Below the pieces are notes generated by a model, which worked only from the letters and a program-made list of their open reading frames with translations, made no database searches and was not told the origin of the DNA. A stretch of 62,029 bases of DNA, the filler included, from Chiloscyllium plagiosum (taxonomy: Eukaryota): the NCBI RefSeq assembly GCF_004010195.1. It is 5 parts of one record of this genome, joined end to end, with 100 filler letters (N's around TTAATTAATTAA, not from the genome) between each part and the next. Parts side by side here need not be neighbours in the genome. Positions count along the whole stretch, not along the records: positions 1 to 28,413 come from NC_057717.1; positions 28,514 to 44,495 come from NC_057717.1; 3 more parts are not named here. One strand, given 5' to 3'. Position numbers and translations under genes: made by a program. Shown piece after piece: positions 25,601 to 39,227 of this stretch (the stretch's first letter is position 1; every line of letters starts with the position of its first letter).

Positions 25601-28413
25601 ATCACCAGCTCCCCCCGCACATTGACAAACTGTCACACACTTTTCCCCACTCATAACCCTACCCTCGCTCTCAGTACCCTGCACACTAATGCCATCACCC
25701 TCACTCCTCCACACTTTCACTCCTCCGACACACTCGTTCTCTCACTGTCATGCACTCTACCCTGCACAATCCCAACCCATCACCCTGTCTACGCCGCAAA
25801 GGTGTGCATCGTCGCAACCACTTCCCCAAACCCTCTCCCACGGTCATGATCACTCTAACACACTCCCCAACACTGTTATTTTCACCCGCACATTGCCCCA
25901 AACACGTCCAGAGCATCACGCTTACTCCCTTGCACACACTCCACCATCACTCTCACTGCCCGCGCACACCCCCACCATCACACTCACTGGCCTACATACT
26001 CACACACTGTCACACTCACTCCATCGCAAAATCCCGCACCATCGCACTCACTCCACCATACACTCCCGCACCGTCATGCTCACTGCCTCACACACTCTCA
26101 CATTGTCACCCACTCTCCACTGCATGCTTCTCCACAGTCGAACTCGCTCCCTCACTACACGTTCAATCCTCAGCACACTCAGGCACAGTCATGCAATGTC
26201 ACCCTCACACTCTCCCTACATCATGCTCACTCCCCATACACTGTTCCAACATCACACACACTCATCTGCACACTCACACACTGTCACTCCCCAACGTTAC
26301 CACACACCAACACAATCACTTTCACTCCACTGCTCACTCCCCCACCATCATTCACAACCACCGTCAAACTCGCCTTCCATCACACTCTGTCCCTGCCCAT
26401 TCACCTGTTGTCTCACTCAGTGCGATGCACTCCCGCCTGCTGTTGTCTCACTCAGTGCGATGCACTCCCGCCTGCCATTGTGCTGATATCCCCACACACT
26501 CACACAGCATCAGGCTCACTCCCCCACGTTATTCTGCACAACTCCACACATGTGCCCACTCTCACGCACAACCTTCTGCAGTTTTCCACACTGTCTCGTG
26601 CAATTCTTACACAAACGTTCAGAATCACATTCAGTCCCCTGCACGCTCCCACGCAGTCTCCTTCACATGACAGTAGTCTCGCCGACCGTCATGCCACAGT
26701 CTACTGCATTATCCCACACCATCACACAGTCTACACTATATGATCTGCTATTGCGAAGCTCACTACCAGATACTCCCTCCTTTCCCGTTTACTCCCTCAC
26801 ATTCTCCCATACTGTCACGCTCACGCCGCTGCACTCCCCTGCACTCTCACACACTCTCACGTTTTCTCCCCATGCACACCTATTCTATTGCACTCACTCC
26901 CAACAGTCTTCCCCACATGTGGCTCTCACTTCCCTACACAATCCACCACCGTCCCACTGACGTCCCTGCATAGATCCCATCCAGCTCACTCATCCACACA
27001 TCTGACCTCAGTCACACTCACTCCCATACACCCCCCATAAGACTCAGTTGATCACCATCACGTTCACTCCACACACACACCATCATCATCAATCTCCCTC
27101 GCCCATTACCTCTCTCTGCCAACATACTCCCTCATCCACATGATCACTGCCCCAAAGACTGCCACACAGTCACACTCAATCCCACGCATACTTGCACTTT
27201 CTCAGAGCAAATTGCTCCAACGTCATACGCATTCACCTGTTCATACCCTGACCATCACGGTCACCCACCTGTACACTCCCCCAGCTGTCACACTCACTCT
27301 TCTGCATTCTCCCACACCATCATACTCGCTGCCAGACACACTCCGCACACTCATCACTTTTACGATTTCGACCCTGCGCACACTTGCATTATTTTGTTAA
27401 TCTCCCTATACACACCCACACTGTCACACTCGCTCCTCGCATGCTCCCACACCATCATACTTACTGCCACCCACACTCCCTGCACACTCACACAATGTCA
27501 TGCTTATTCCCCACGCACTCCCCTGCCATCACTCTCACTCCCATGCACACTTCACTACCATTACACACTGTGCCCCACACACTTCCATGCTGTCACGATG
27601 ATGCTCCCACTATCCCACACTGTCACACACTTTCCCCTGCATACTCCCTCACCGTCACACTCGCTGCCCTGCTCCCACTCTGTTACCCTCACTCCCTCAC
27701 ACACTCTTGCACCACCAAGTTCACTCACCGCACATTCCCTCAGTGGCACCATCACTCTCCCTCACATTCGCCATGCATTGTTCTCAGTTCTGTGTAATCT
27801 CCCCACCATTTCATGTACTACTCCGCACACTCTCCTGCAAACCCGCCCACACCATTACAAAATTCCGCAACCAACAGACTCAGTGCCTNNNNNNNNNNNN
27901 NNNNNNNNNNNNNNNNNNNNNNNNNNNNNNNNNNNNNNNNNNNNNNNNNNNNNNNNNNNNNNNNNNNNNNNNNNNNNNNNNNNNNNNNNNNNNNNNNNNN
28001 NNNNNNNNNNNNNNNNNNNNNNNNNNNNNNNNNNNNNNNNNNNNNNNNNNNNNNNNNNNNNNNNNNNNNNNNNNNNNNNNNNNNNNNNNNNNNNNNNNNN
28101 NNNNNNNNNNNNNNNNNNNNNNNNNNNNNNNNNNNNNNNNNNNNNNNNNNNNNNNNNNNNNNNNNNNNNNNNNNNNNNNNNNNNNNNNNNNNNNNNNNNN
28201 NNNNNNNNNNNNNNNNNNNNNNNNNNNNNNNNNNNNNNNNNNNNNNNNNNNNNNNNNNNNNNNNNNNNNNNNNNNNNNNNNNNNNNNNNNNNNNNNNNNN
28301 NNNNNNNNNNNNNNNNNNNNNNNNNNNNNNNNNNNNNNNNNNNNNNNNNNNNNNNNNNNNNNNNNNNNNNNNNNNNNNNNNNNNNNNNCCACCAGGATAC
28401 ACGAACACCAGCT

Positions 28414-28513
28414 NNNNNNNNNNNNNNNNNNNNNNNNNNNNNNNNNNNNNNNNNNNNTTAATTAATTAANNNNNNNNNNNNNNNNNNNNNNNNNNNNNNN
28501 NNNNNNNNNNNNN
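28414..28513. other. Artificial scaffold-joining spacer N44-TTAATTAATTAA-N44
   Basis: 12-bp palindrome with stops in all six frames at 28458-28469 between 44-N runs; same layout at three other sites. Confidence 0.95.
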
Positions 28514-29229
28514 GCCAACCATCATTATATTGAATTGGTTAGCAAACTCGATGGACCAAACGTACTACTGCACTGCCTATTTTATAGCTTCCCAAGGTTA
28601 CTAACATTAACGGGTAAGTGCATTGATGATATTTTTTCCATGAACTAGAATGGGGAGGCTAAATGTGTTTTCTATTCCCGATGTTTCTGTGCATTCTGTG
28701 GGAAAGCTGTGTAAATGCTGTCACAAGCTCTCAGATGTTAGGAAGGAGGTTTCTGCAGGGTCGACAGGACTGTGTTCCCATTAACTTTTCCGACACTGAT
28801 GCCGAGGCCAGGTGTTCTGTCCGGTTTCATCCTTTCAGACTTCGGAGTAGTTTGATACAAATGAGTGCCCTTGCTTGGCAATTTCAGAGACCATTGAAAT
28901 GTTTATCGCATGTCAGCGTCTTTGGAGTCACTTTTCGGCCAGCCCAGGAAATCATGAGAGATTCACCTCCTAAAAGTTCATTGGAGAAGGAAATTCTGTT
29001 TACAATCCATATTGGCTTCAAGGTCACTGTTACTGACTCCAGATTTTAGATCTCGATATTTTATTAATTGTCTTTAACTTCCACCCGCTGCCAGATCATT
29101 AGCCTGGTCTGGATTAATAATCCAGTGACATTTCCACAGCACCATAACCACATGGGTATCTATCGGAAACCATACTGAACAGGTTATTTCTGTGCTGCCA
29201 AAAAGAACTCCCACCAATGTGGCTGTCAT

Positions 29230-29880
29230 GATGGGACTGAAGTGATAGTAATTGGTCAGTTTGTAATATTTCCCGTCTTAGTGGACAGGACACAGCTGAA
29301 TAATTTTCCACATTGCCAGGGAGATGTCAGAGTTGGAGCTGGAATGAAGCAGCTTCCCCAGAGACACGGCTTGTTGTGCAGCACAAGTCTTCAGTCCCAT
29401 TGCAGGAATGGATCAGGGCCCATTGTCTGTGTCGTATTTATTTGTTCAGCTGTTTCTTCATGTCACGTGCAGCGAATCAAATTAGTTGAAGACTGGCATC
29501 TGTGATTTTGTTGGCATCCTGATGAGGGTGAGGTGTACCATCGACTCAACACTTCTGGCAGAAGATGGTGCAGATAAAACATCCTTCCCTTTTACACTGA
29601 TGTGCAGGTCTGTTCCATTATTTAGGATGGGGATGTTTGTGGAGCCCTCGCCTCCAGTCATTTGTTTAATCGTCCATCACCATTTATGACTGACTGTGGC
29701 AGAACTGCAGGGCTTCTATCAGATATTTTGGTCAAGTCTGGTAGCTTTAATGAGTTAGCATCAGGTTAAGGTGGTGTTGATGGTAATGACAGACTGAGGT
29801 GTTATCCTGGCAAAGGGTTACAGGTTGTGGTTGAATGCAGGTCTGCTTCTCCTGCTGCTGTGGTCTACAGCACTACATAA
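29230..29880 (-). mobile_element. Decayed LINE RT-region fragment (CR1-like, different subfamily)
   Basis: Minus strand: GPD....LKTCA..A..L..LF......P.MWKI....PVHK......Y.PI.L pattern. Confidence 0.65.
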
Positions 29881-29899
29881 ATACGCAGTTTGGAGCTGC

Positions 29900-30100
29900 A
29901 ATATCTGCAATGCAATTCTGCTGCCTGTTCCCCAATTCTCACTGAGACCCATTCACCCATCAGCCCTGCACTCAGTGACCTAATCTGGTTTCTGATGTGG
30001 AAATCCTTCCATTTTCAAACTCTCATTCTGCTGAGGTCTGTCTCTCCAGGTCTTGCTTCCAATCTGACACATTCCACAAAAGCATTTAACTGATCTTAAT
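29900..30100 (+). mobile_element. L2-type LINE 3' fragment
   Basis: HSPISPALSDLIWFL....FHFQTLIL resembles the L2 C-terminal HITPVLxxLHWLPVxxRIxFKxL motif. Confidence 0.55.
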
Positions 30101-30219
30101 TGAAATGTTTATTTCAAATTTTTAATTCACCTGAATCTTTTTCCTTGAGAAAGGCCATCTTCTGTGTTTAAGTTAATGTGTTTCCTCCGTTTCTCTCCCT
30201 GACCATGATTAAGAGCTCT

Positions 30220-30340
30220 GTAGACAATAGACAATAGGTGCAGGAGTAGGCCATTTTGCCCTTCGAGCCTGCACCACCATTCAATATGATCATGGCTGAT
30301 CATCCTTAACCAGTATCCTGTTCCTGCCTTATTTCCATTC
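30220..30340 (-). mobile_element. CR1 3' tail fragment
   Basis: agacaatagacaataggtgcaggagtaggccatt..cccttcgagcctgcaccaccattcaata is the reverse complement of a CR1 3' UTR. Confidence 0.8.
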
Positions 30341-30569
30341 ATGGCTGCCTTGTTCTCCCATGAGTATGTTTCAAGTTCTTGGGGTGGCATTTCTGGTATT
30401 ATCTCCCGAATTATCCCCAGACCCTCCTCCCATTGCTGCTCCATGGTCTTTCCTGCTCAGCTCCCCTTCCAATTAACGCTGGCAGGCTACGCCCGCATGT
30501 CTTTGTAGTTACATTGCTTAATTATAACCACATTACATCTTGAAGAGAGTGTTAGATATAAACTGAAAG

Positions 30570-30760
30570 AAGGCCAGTTTTTACAGGCCAGTTAGTCTTA
30601 CTTCGGTGGTGGGTATAGTAATGAAAAGGGTACTGAGGGATAGGATTTATGAGTATCTGGAAAGACACTGCTTGATTAGGGACAGCCAGCACGGATTTGT
30701 GAAGGGTAGGTCTTGCCTTACAAGTCTGATTGAATTCTTCGAGGAGGTGACCAAGCATGA
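30570..30760 (+). mobile_element. CR1 RT fragment
   Basis: YRPVSLTSVVG..RDRIYEYLE..DSQHGFVKGRSCLTSLIEFFEEVTK. Confidence 0.9.
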
Positions 30761-30763
30761 GGA

Positions 30764-31665
30764 TGATGCATCTGACCACTCACCTAACCTGTTCAGGTCA
30801 CCCTGTAATCTTCCAACATCGTCCGCACATTTCACCCTGCCACCCAGTTTAGTATCATCAGCAAATTTGCTAATGTTATTACTAATACCATCTCCTATAT
30901 CATTAATATATATTGTAAAAAGCTGCGGTCCCAGCACTGATCCCTGCGGCATCCCACTGGTCACTGCCTGCCATTGCAAAATAGAGCTGTTTATCACTCC
31001 TCTTTGTTTCCTGTCAGCCAACCAACTTTCAATCCAGGTTAGTACTTTGCCCCCAATACCATGCGCCCTAATTTTGCTCACTAACCTCCTATGTGGAACT
31101 TTATCAAAAGCTTTCTGAAAGTCCAGGTACACTACATCTACTGGATCTCCCACGTCCATCTTCAGAGTTATATCCTCAAAAGATTCCAGAAGATTAGTCA
31201 AGCATGATTTCGCCTCTATAAATCCATGCTGACTTTGACCTATCCTGTTACTACTATCCAGATGTGTCGTAATTTCATCCTTTATAATAGACTCCAGCAT
31301 CTTTCCCAACACTGAGGTCAGTCTAACTGGTCTATAATTTCCTGCTTTCTCTCTCCCACCTTTCTTAAAAAGTGTTACATTAGCCACCCTCCAATCCGCA
31401 GGAACTGATCCCGAATCTATCGAATTCTGGAAAATAATCATCAACGCATCCACGAATTCTCGAACCACCTCCTTCAGTACCCTGGGATGTAGACCATCAG
31501 GCACCAGGGACTTATCAACCTTCAGACCTAACAGTCTCTCCAACACCAATTCCTGGCGAATATAAATTCCCTTAAGTTCAGGTCCTTCAGCCACTGTTAC
31601 CTCAGGGGGATTGCTTGTGGCTTGCCCAGTGAACACAGATCTGAAGTCCCAAATCAATTCTTCTA
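30764..31665 (-). mobile_element. CR1 RT core fragment, ~300 codons without a stop
   Basis: [64 protein letters not shown]. Confidence 0.95.
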
Positions 31666-32324
31666 ATCCGGGTTTATATTTCAATGCATTGCTGTTGTCT
31701 GCACAGCTCACAAAGATGGACATGTATCCTGTCCGGGGTTAGAGATGAATGCACTGCTGCTGTCTGCATAGCTCCCCATGCTAGGAAAATATATATTCCT
31801 AGATTATACATCAATGCACTGCTGTGGTGTGCATAACACCCTGTGCTGGACAGATATCTAGTCCAGGTTTATAGATCAATGCTCTGCTGTGATCTGTACA
31901 CCTCCCGGTTCAGGGCAGGTATCTAGTCAGGCTTTATATTTCACTGCACTGTTGTATTCTACACACCTCGCCATACTGGAGAGATATCTAGTCCGGGTTT
32001 ATAGATCAATGCACTTCTTTAGTCTGAACATTTCCTCATGCTGGCAAGAATCTAGTACTTGATTATACATCAATACATCTGCACTGCTCCCGGTGCTGGA
32101 CAGATATCTAATCCGGGTTTATACTTCAATGCTCAGCTGCCTGTGCTGGACAGATATCGAATCGGGATGTCTGTGCAGCTCCCCTTGCTGGATAGATAAC
32201 CAGTCCGGGTTTATAGATCAATACACTTGTGTTGCCAGCACAGTTCCCCGTACGGGACATTATCTAGTCCGGGTTATTGGCCACTTCACTGCTGTGGTCT
32301 GCATAGCTGCCTGTGCTGGACAGA

Positions 32325-32601
32325 TAGATTACTTTATTAGATTAGTTTACTTTACAGTGTGGAAACAAGTCCACCCTGACCCGCCAAAGAACATTTACCC
32401 CTTACCTAACACTATGGACAATTTAGTATGACCAATTCACCTGACCTGCACATCTTTGTGATTGTGGGAGGAAACCGGAGCACACGCAGACATGGGAAGA
32501 ATGTGCAAACTCCTCACAGTCAGTCGACTGAGGCGGGAATTGAACCCGGGTCTCTGGCGCTGTGAGGCAACAGTGCTAACCACTGTGCCACCGTGTCGCC
32601 C
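32325..32601 (-). mobile_element. HE1-type SINE inserted in the satellite
   Basis: Minus strand GGCGACACGGTGGCACAGTGGTTAGC..GGTTCAATTCC; near-identical to 7377-7687. Confidence 0.9.
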
Positions 32602-32851
32602 ACGATATTTCGTCCCGGTTTATAATTTAACATACAACGCACAGCTGCGATCTGCACAGCTACCTGTGCTGGACAGATATCTAGTCTAGGTTTATATATC
32701 AATGCACTGCTGTATTCTGCATCGCTCCTCATTCTGGAGAGATATATAGTCCAGTGCAATAGATCAATGCACTGCTGTGGTCTGTACTGTTGACGGTGCT
32801 GGGCAGATATCTAATCTGGGTTTATTGATCAATTCACTGTTGTGGTCTGCA

Positions 32852-33150
32852 TAGATTACTTACAGTGTGGAAACAGGCCCTTCGGCCCAACAAGTCCACA
32901 CCGCCCCGCCGAAACGCAACCCACCCATACATTTACCCCTTACCTAAAACTATAGGCAATTTAGCAGGGCCAATTCACCCGACCTGCGCATCTTTGGATT
33001 GTGGGAAGAAACCGGAGCACCCGGAGGAAACACATGCAGACACGGGGAGAACGTGCAAACTCCACACAATCAGTCGCCTGACGCGGGAATGGAACGCGGG
33101 TCTCTGGCGCTGTGAGGCAGCAGTGCGAACCACTGTGCCACCGTGCCCCC
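32852..33150 (-). mobile_element. HE1-type SINE inserted in the satellite
   Basis: Minus strand GGCACGGTGGCACAGTGGTTCGC..CGTTCCATTCC; same body as 7377-7687. Confidence 0.9.
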
Positions 33151-35713
33151 CACGGCTCCCAATGCTGAGCAGATATCTAGTCCCAGTTTAGACATCAGTG
33201 CAGTGCTGTGGTCTGCCTCGCTCCCTGTGCTGAACAGATATCTAGTCCAGGTTTATAGTTCAATGCACAGCTCCCCATACTGGAGAGATGTATACTCCGG
33301 TGCTATAGATCAATGCACTGCTTTCGTCTGCATAAATCCCGGTGCTGGACAGCTATCTAGTCCGGGGTTATAGTTCAATGTACAGCTGCGGTCTGCACAG
33401 CTGCCTGTGCTGGATAGATATCTCGTCCAGGATAATAGATCAATTCACTGCTTTTGTCTGGTAAGATAAATCAATGCACTGTTGTGGTCTGCATAGCTCT
33501 CCTGGCTGGACAGATATCTATTTCGAGTTTATAGATCAATGCACTGCTGTGGTCTGCACAGCTCCCCTTGCTTTACATATATCTAGTCCAGGTTTGTATA
33601 TCAATGCACTGCTGTAGTCTGCATAGCTCCCGATGATGGACAGATATCTCGTCCAGTATGATAGATCGATACACTGCTTTTGTCTGCACAGCTCCCCATA
33701 CTGGACAGATATCTAGTCCGGGTCATTGCTCAATGCACTGTTGTCTTTAGCACAGTTCTCGGTGTTGGATAGATATCTAATCCAGGTTTATGGATCAATG
33801 CACTGCTGTGGTCTGCATAGATCCCTACCCTGGATACATACCTAGTCTGGGTTTATAGATCAATGAAATACAGGGGTCTGAATAGCCCCTGGTGCTGGAC
33901 AGATACCTCGATTGGGTTTATAGATCAATGAAGTGCAGGAATCTGCTTATCTCCCGGCACTGGAAAGATATCTAATCCGGGTTTATATCAATGCACTGCT
34001 GAGATTTGCAAAGCTCCCCGTGCTGGACAGATATCTAATCCGTGGTTGTAAATCAATGCACTGCTGTGTTCTGCACAGCTGAACGTGCTGGGCAGGTATC
34101 TAGTCTGGGTGTATCGATCATTGCACTTCAGGGGTCGGCATAGCTCCTGGTGCTGGACAGAAATATAGTCCGGTTTTATAGATAAATGCACTGCTATGGT
34201 CTTTAATGATTACCGTGCTGGAGAGATAACTAATCCGGGTTTTATAGATCAATGAACTGCTGTATGTGCATAGGTAATGTGCTAGACTAATATCTAGTCC
34301 TGGATGGTACATCAATGCACTGCTGTGGTCTGCATAGCTAGCGCTGCTGGAAGGATATACAGTCTGAGTTTATACATCAATGCACTGCTATCGGCGGCAC
34401 AGCTCCTGGTGCTGGACTGATATCGAGTTCTTGTTTAAAAATCAATGCATAGCTGTTGCCTGCATAGCTCCCCATGCTGGACAAATATCTAGCCCGGTGT
34501 TATAGTTCAATCCGCTGCTGTGGTCCGCAGAGCTAAACGTGCTGGACAGATATCTCGTCTGGATTTAGATATCAATGCGCTGCTGTGGTCTACATAGCTC
34601 CCTGTGCTGGACAGATATCTAGTGCGGGTTTACAGTTCAATGCACAGTTCCCCATACTGGAGAGATATATAGTTCAGTGCGAAAGATCAATGCACTGCTT
34701 TGGTCTGCATTGACCCCGGTGCTGGACAGCTATCGAGTCCGGGTTAATCGTTCAATATACAGCTGCGGTCTGCACAGCAACCTGTGCTGGATAGATATCT
34801 ACTCCAGGTTTATACATCAATGCACTGCTGTCGTCTGCACAGCTCCCTGTGCGGGACAGATATCTCGTCCAGGATAATAGATCAATGCACTTATTTTGTC
34901 TGTTAGGATAAATCAATGCACTCCTGTGGTTTCCACAGCTCCCCTGGCTGGACAGATATCTAGTCCGGGTTTATATATCAATACAATTCTGTGGTCTGCA
35001 CAGCCCCGGGGCTGGACAGATATGCAATCCGGGTTTATCGATCTGTACACTGCTGTGGTCTGCACAGCTCACGATGCTTTACAGATATCTAGTCCAGGTT
35101 TGTATATCATTGCACTGCTGTAGTCTAGATCCATGCTCTGCTGTGGCCTGCAAAGCTCCCAGTGCAGGACTGATATCTAGTCCAGTCTTATACATCAATG
35201 CACTGCTGTGGTCTACAAAGCTCCCCGTGTTGGAGAGATAACTAAGTCTGCTTTATAGATCAATGGACTGCTGTGGTCTGCAAAACGCACCGTGTTGGAC
35301 AGATATCTAGTCCTGGTTTATAGATCAATGCTTTGCTGTGGTCTGCAAAACCCACCGTGCTGGACAGATATCTAATCAGGATTTAGATATCAATGCATTG
35401 CTGCCCTATGAATAGCTCAATATGCTGGGCAGATATCTAGTCCGAGTTTATAGATCAATTCCTTGCTTGATCTGCTCTGTTCCCTGTGCTGGATAGATAT
35501 CTAGTCCCGGTTCATACACCAGTACACAGTTCTCGTCGGCAAACCACCCAGTGCTGGACAGAGGTCTAGTCCGGTTTTATAGATAAAATCACTGCTGTGG
35601 TCTGAACAGCTCCCCATGTTGGACAGATATTTAATCCTGGTTTATCGATCAATGTACTGCTGTGGTCTGCAAAACTCACTGTGCTGGATAGATATATAAT
35701 CAGAGTTTAGATA

Positions 35714-35923
35714 GGAATGAGCTGCCAGAGGATCTGGTATAGGCTGGTATAATTGCAACATTCGAGAGGCATTTGGATGAGTATATGAATAGGAAAGGTT
35801 TGGAGGGATATGGGCCGAGTGCTGGCAGTTAGGACGAGATTGGATTGGGATATCTGGTCGGCATGGAGAGGTTGAACCAAAGGGTCTGTTTCCATGTTGT
35901 ACATATCTATGACTCTATGATTC
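35714..35923 (+). mobile_element. Short CR1 3' end inserted in the satellite
   Basis: ggaatgagctgccagagga..catttggatg..tctatgactctatgattct tail; the satellite monomer resumes in register. Confidence 0.88.
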
Positions 35924-38048
35924 TATATCAATGCACGGCTGAGGTATGAATAACTCAACGTGCTGGGCAGATACCCAGTCCGAGTTTATCGATCAATTCC
36001 CTGCTTGGTTTGCACTGCTCCCTGTGCTGGACAGATATCTAGTCTGCGTTTATACATCGGTGCACTGCTGTCGTCGACACACCACCCTGTGCTGGACAGA
36101 TGTCTCGTCCAGGTTTATATATCAATGCACTACTGTGGTCTCTGCAGCTCCTGATTCTGGACAAATATTTAATCCGGGTTTATAGATCAATGCACTGCTG
36201 TGGTCTGTCCAGCTCCTGGTGCTGGAGAGATATCTAATCCGGGTGTATACATGAAAACATTGCTGTTGTCTGCACAAGCCCCGTGCTGGAAAGTTATCCA
36301 GTCCGGGGTTAACAGATGAATGCACTGCTGTGGTCTGCATAACTCAAAGTGCTGGACAGATATCTATTCCGGGTTTGTAGATCAATGCACTGCTGTGGTC
36401 TACATAGTTCGTCGCTCTGGACTGACATTTTATCGAGTCTTATAGTTCAATGCACTGCAGGGGTGTGCATCGCTACTGGTGCTGGACCGATGTCTAGTCC
36501 GGGTTTATAGATCAGTGGACTGCTGTGATCTGCAAAGCTCAATGTTCTGGACCGATGTCTAGTGCGGGGTTGTAGATCAATGCACTGTTGTGGCTGCATA
36601 GCTCCCGCTGCTGGAATGATACATAGCCTGAGTTTATAGATCAATGTACTGCTGTGGTCTGACCAGCTCCTGGTGTTGGATAGATATCTCGACCTGGTTT
36701 GTAGATCAATGCCCTGCTGTGGATTGCGCAGCTCCCCGTGCTGGACAGATGTCTAATCCTGGTTTATAGATCAATGCACTGCTGTGGTCTGCAAAACCCA
36801 CCGTGCTAGATAGATATCTAATCAGAGTTTAGATATCAATACACTGCTGAGGTATGAATAGTTCAACGTGCAGGGGAGTTATCTAGTTCGAGTTTATAGA
36901 CCAATTCCCTGCTTGGTCTGCACTGCTTCCTGTGCTGCACAGATATCTAGTCCGGGTTTATACATCCGTGCACTGCTCCCGTCGGCACAGCACCCAGTGC
37001 TGGACAGATGTCTAATCTGGGTTTTAGATCAATGCATTGCTGTTGTCCGCACAGCTCCCGGTGCTGGACAAATACCTAATCCGGGTGTATATATCAATGC
37101 ACTGCTGTGGTCTGTACAGTTTCCCGTGCTGAATAGATATCTAGTGCGGGTACACAGACCAAAGCATTGTTGTTGTCTGCACAAGCCCCTTGCTGGACAG
37201 TTTTCCAGTCTGGGGTTCTAGATGATTCCACTGCTGTAGTCTTATAGCTCAACGTGCTGGACAGATATCTACACCAGGTTTATAGATCAATGCACTGCTG
37301 TGGTCTGCATAGCTCCCGGTGCTGGGTAGATATCTAGTTTGGATTTATATATCACTGCACTGCTGTGGTGCACACAGCTTCCCGTGCTGGAAAGGTATCT
37401 AGTCCAGGTTTATAGATCAATGCACTTCTGTGGTCTGCATAGTTCCCACTGCTGGACAGATATCTGGTCCGGGTTCATATATCAATGCACTTCAGGGATC
37501 TGCTTATTTCCCGTCATTGAACTGATATTTAATCCGGTTTTTCAGATCAATGCACTATAGCGATCTGCATAGATCCTGTTGGTGGGCAGATAGCTATTCC
37601 AGGTTTATAGGTCAAAGCACCTCAGGGTTTTGCATACCTCAGGGCACTGGAAAGATATCTCATCCGAGTTTACAGATGAATTCGCTGCAGTGATTTTCAA
37701 GTCTCCCCTTTCTGGACAGATATGTAATCTGGGTTTATCGATCAAAGCACTGCTGTGGTCTGCACAGATAAACGTGCTGGGCAGATATCTCGTCGGGGTT
37801 TATAGATCATTGCACGGCAGGGGTCTGCATAGCTCGTGGTGCTTGACAGATATCTAGTCCAGGTTTATAGGTCAATGCACTACAGGTGTCTGCATAGCTC
37901 AGGGAACAGGATAGATATTTAATCTGGGTTTATAAATGAATGCACAGCTGTTCTCTGCGAAGCTCTCCGTGCTGGAGTGATATTCAATCGGGGTTTATAT
38001 ATCAATGCACTGCTGTGGTCTGCATTGCTCAATGTTCGGAACTGATGT

Positions 38049-39227
38049 AGAGCCATAGAGATGTACAGCATTGAACCAGACCCATCGATCCAACCTGTCC
38101 ATGCCGTCCAGATATTCCAACCCAATCTCGACCTACCTGCCAGCACCCGGCCTATATACTTCCAAAACCTTCCGATTCAGATACCCATCCAAATGCCTCT
38201 TAAATGTTGCAGTTGTACCAGCCTCCACTTACCACCCTCTGCGTGAAAACGTTGACACTTAGGTCTCTTTTAAATCTTTCGCCTCTCACCCTAAACGTAT
38301 GCCCTCTATTTCTGCACTGTCCGACCTCAGGGAGAAGACTTTGCCTATTTATCCTATCCATGCCCCTCATAATTTTGTAAACCCCTATAAGGTCACCCCT
38401 CAGCCTCCGATGCGCCAGAGAAAACAGCCCAGACTGTTCAGCCTCTCCCTGTAGCTCAGATCCTCCAACCCTGGCAACATACTTGTAAATTTTTCCTGAA
38501 CTCATTCAAGTTTCACAACATCTTACCGATAAGAAGGAGATCAGAATAACATGCAATATTCCAACAGCGGCCTAACCAATGTCCTGTACAGCCGCAACAT
38601 GTCCTCCCAACTCCTGTAGTCCATTCTCTGACCAATAAAGGAAAGCATACCAAACGCCTTCTTCACTATCCTCTCTACCTGCGACTCCACTTTCAAGGAA
38701 CTATGAACCTGCACTCCAAGGTCTCTTTGTTCAACAACACTGCCTAGGACCTTACCAATAAGTGTTAATGTCTTGCTAAGATTTGCTTTCCCAAAATGCA
38801 GCACCTCGCATTTATCTGAATTAAACTCCATCTGCCACTTCTCAGCCCATTGGCCCATCTGCTCCAGACACTGTTGTAATCTGTGGTAACCTTCTTTGCT
38901 GTCCACTACACCTCCAATTTTGGTGTCATCTGCAAACATATTAACTGTACCTCTCATTCTCGCATCCAAATCATTTATGTAAACGACAAAAAGTAGAGGG
39001 CCCAGCACCGATCCTTGTGGCACTCCACTGGTCACAGGCCTCCAGTATGCAAAACAAGCCTCCACCACCACCATCCTCTGTCTTCTACCTTTGAGCGAGT
39101 TCTGTATCCAAATGGCTAGTTCTCCCTGTATTCCATGAGATCTAACATTGCTAATCAGACACCCATGGGGAACCTTGTCGAATGCCTTACTGGAGTCCAT
39201 ATAGATGACGTCTACTGTTCTGCCCTC
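38049..39227 (-). mobile_element. 5'-truncated CR1 LINE inserted in the satellite
   Basis: [45 protein letters not shown]; tail at ~38050. Confidence 0.95.

Larger units (their letters stand above)
17075..27888. repeat. ~10.8-kb C/A-rich, G-poor degenerate tandem-repeat field (unit ~30-35 bp, e.g. cacactcccccactgtcacgctcactccc), interrupted by two CR1 copies
   Basis: Continuous recurrence of cacactccc / ctgtcac / catgctcactccc motifs; perfect 35-bp tandem at 26405-26474. Confidence 0.85.

Noticed and set aside
17047..27888. Long His/Thr/Pro/Ser-rich ORFs (e.g. 466 aa at 20310-21710) as mucin-like genes
   Set aside because: Several frames are open at once because G-poor, C/A-rich sequence rarely forms stop codons; no domain or splice evidence.
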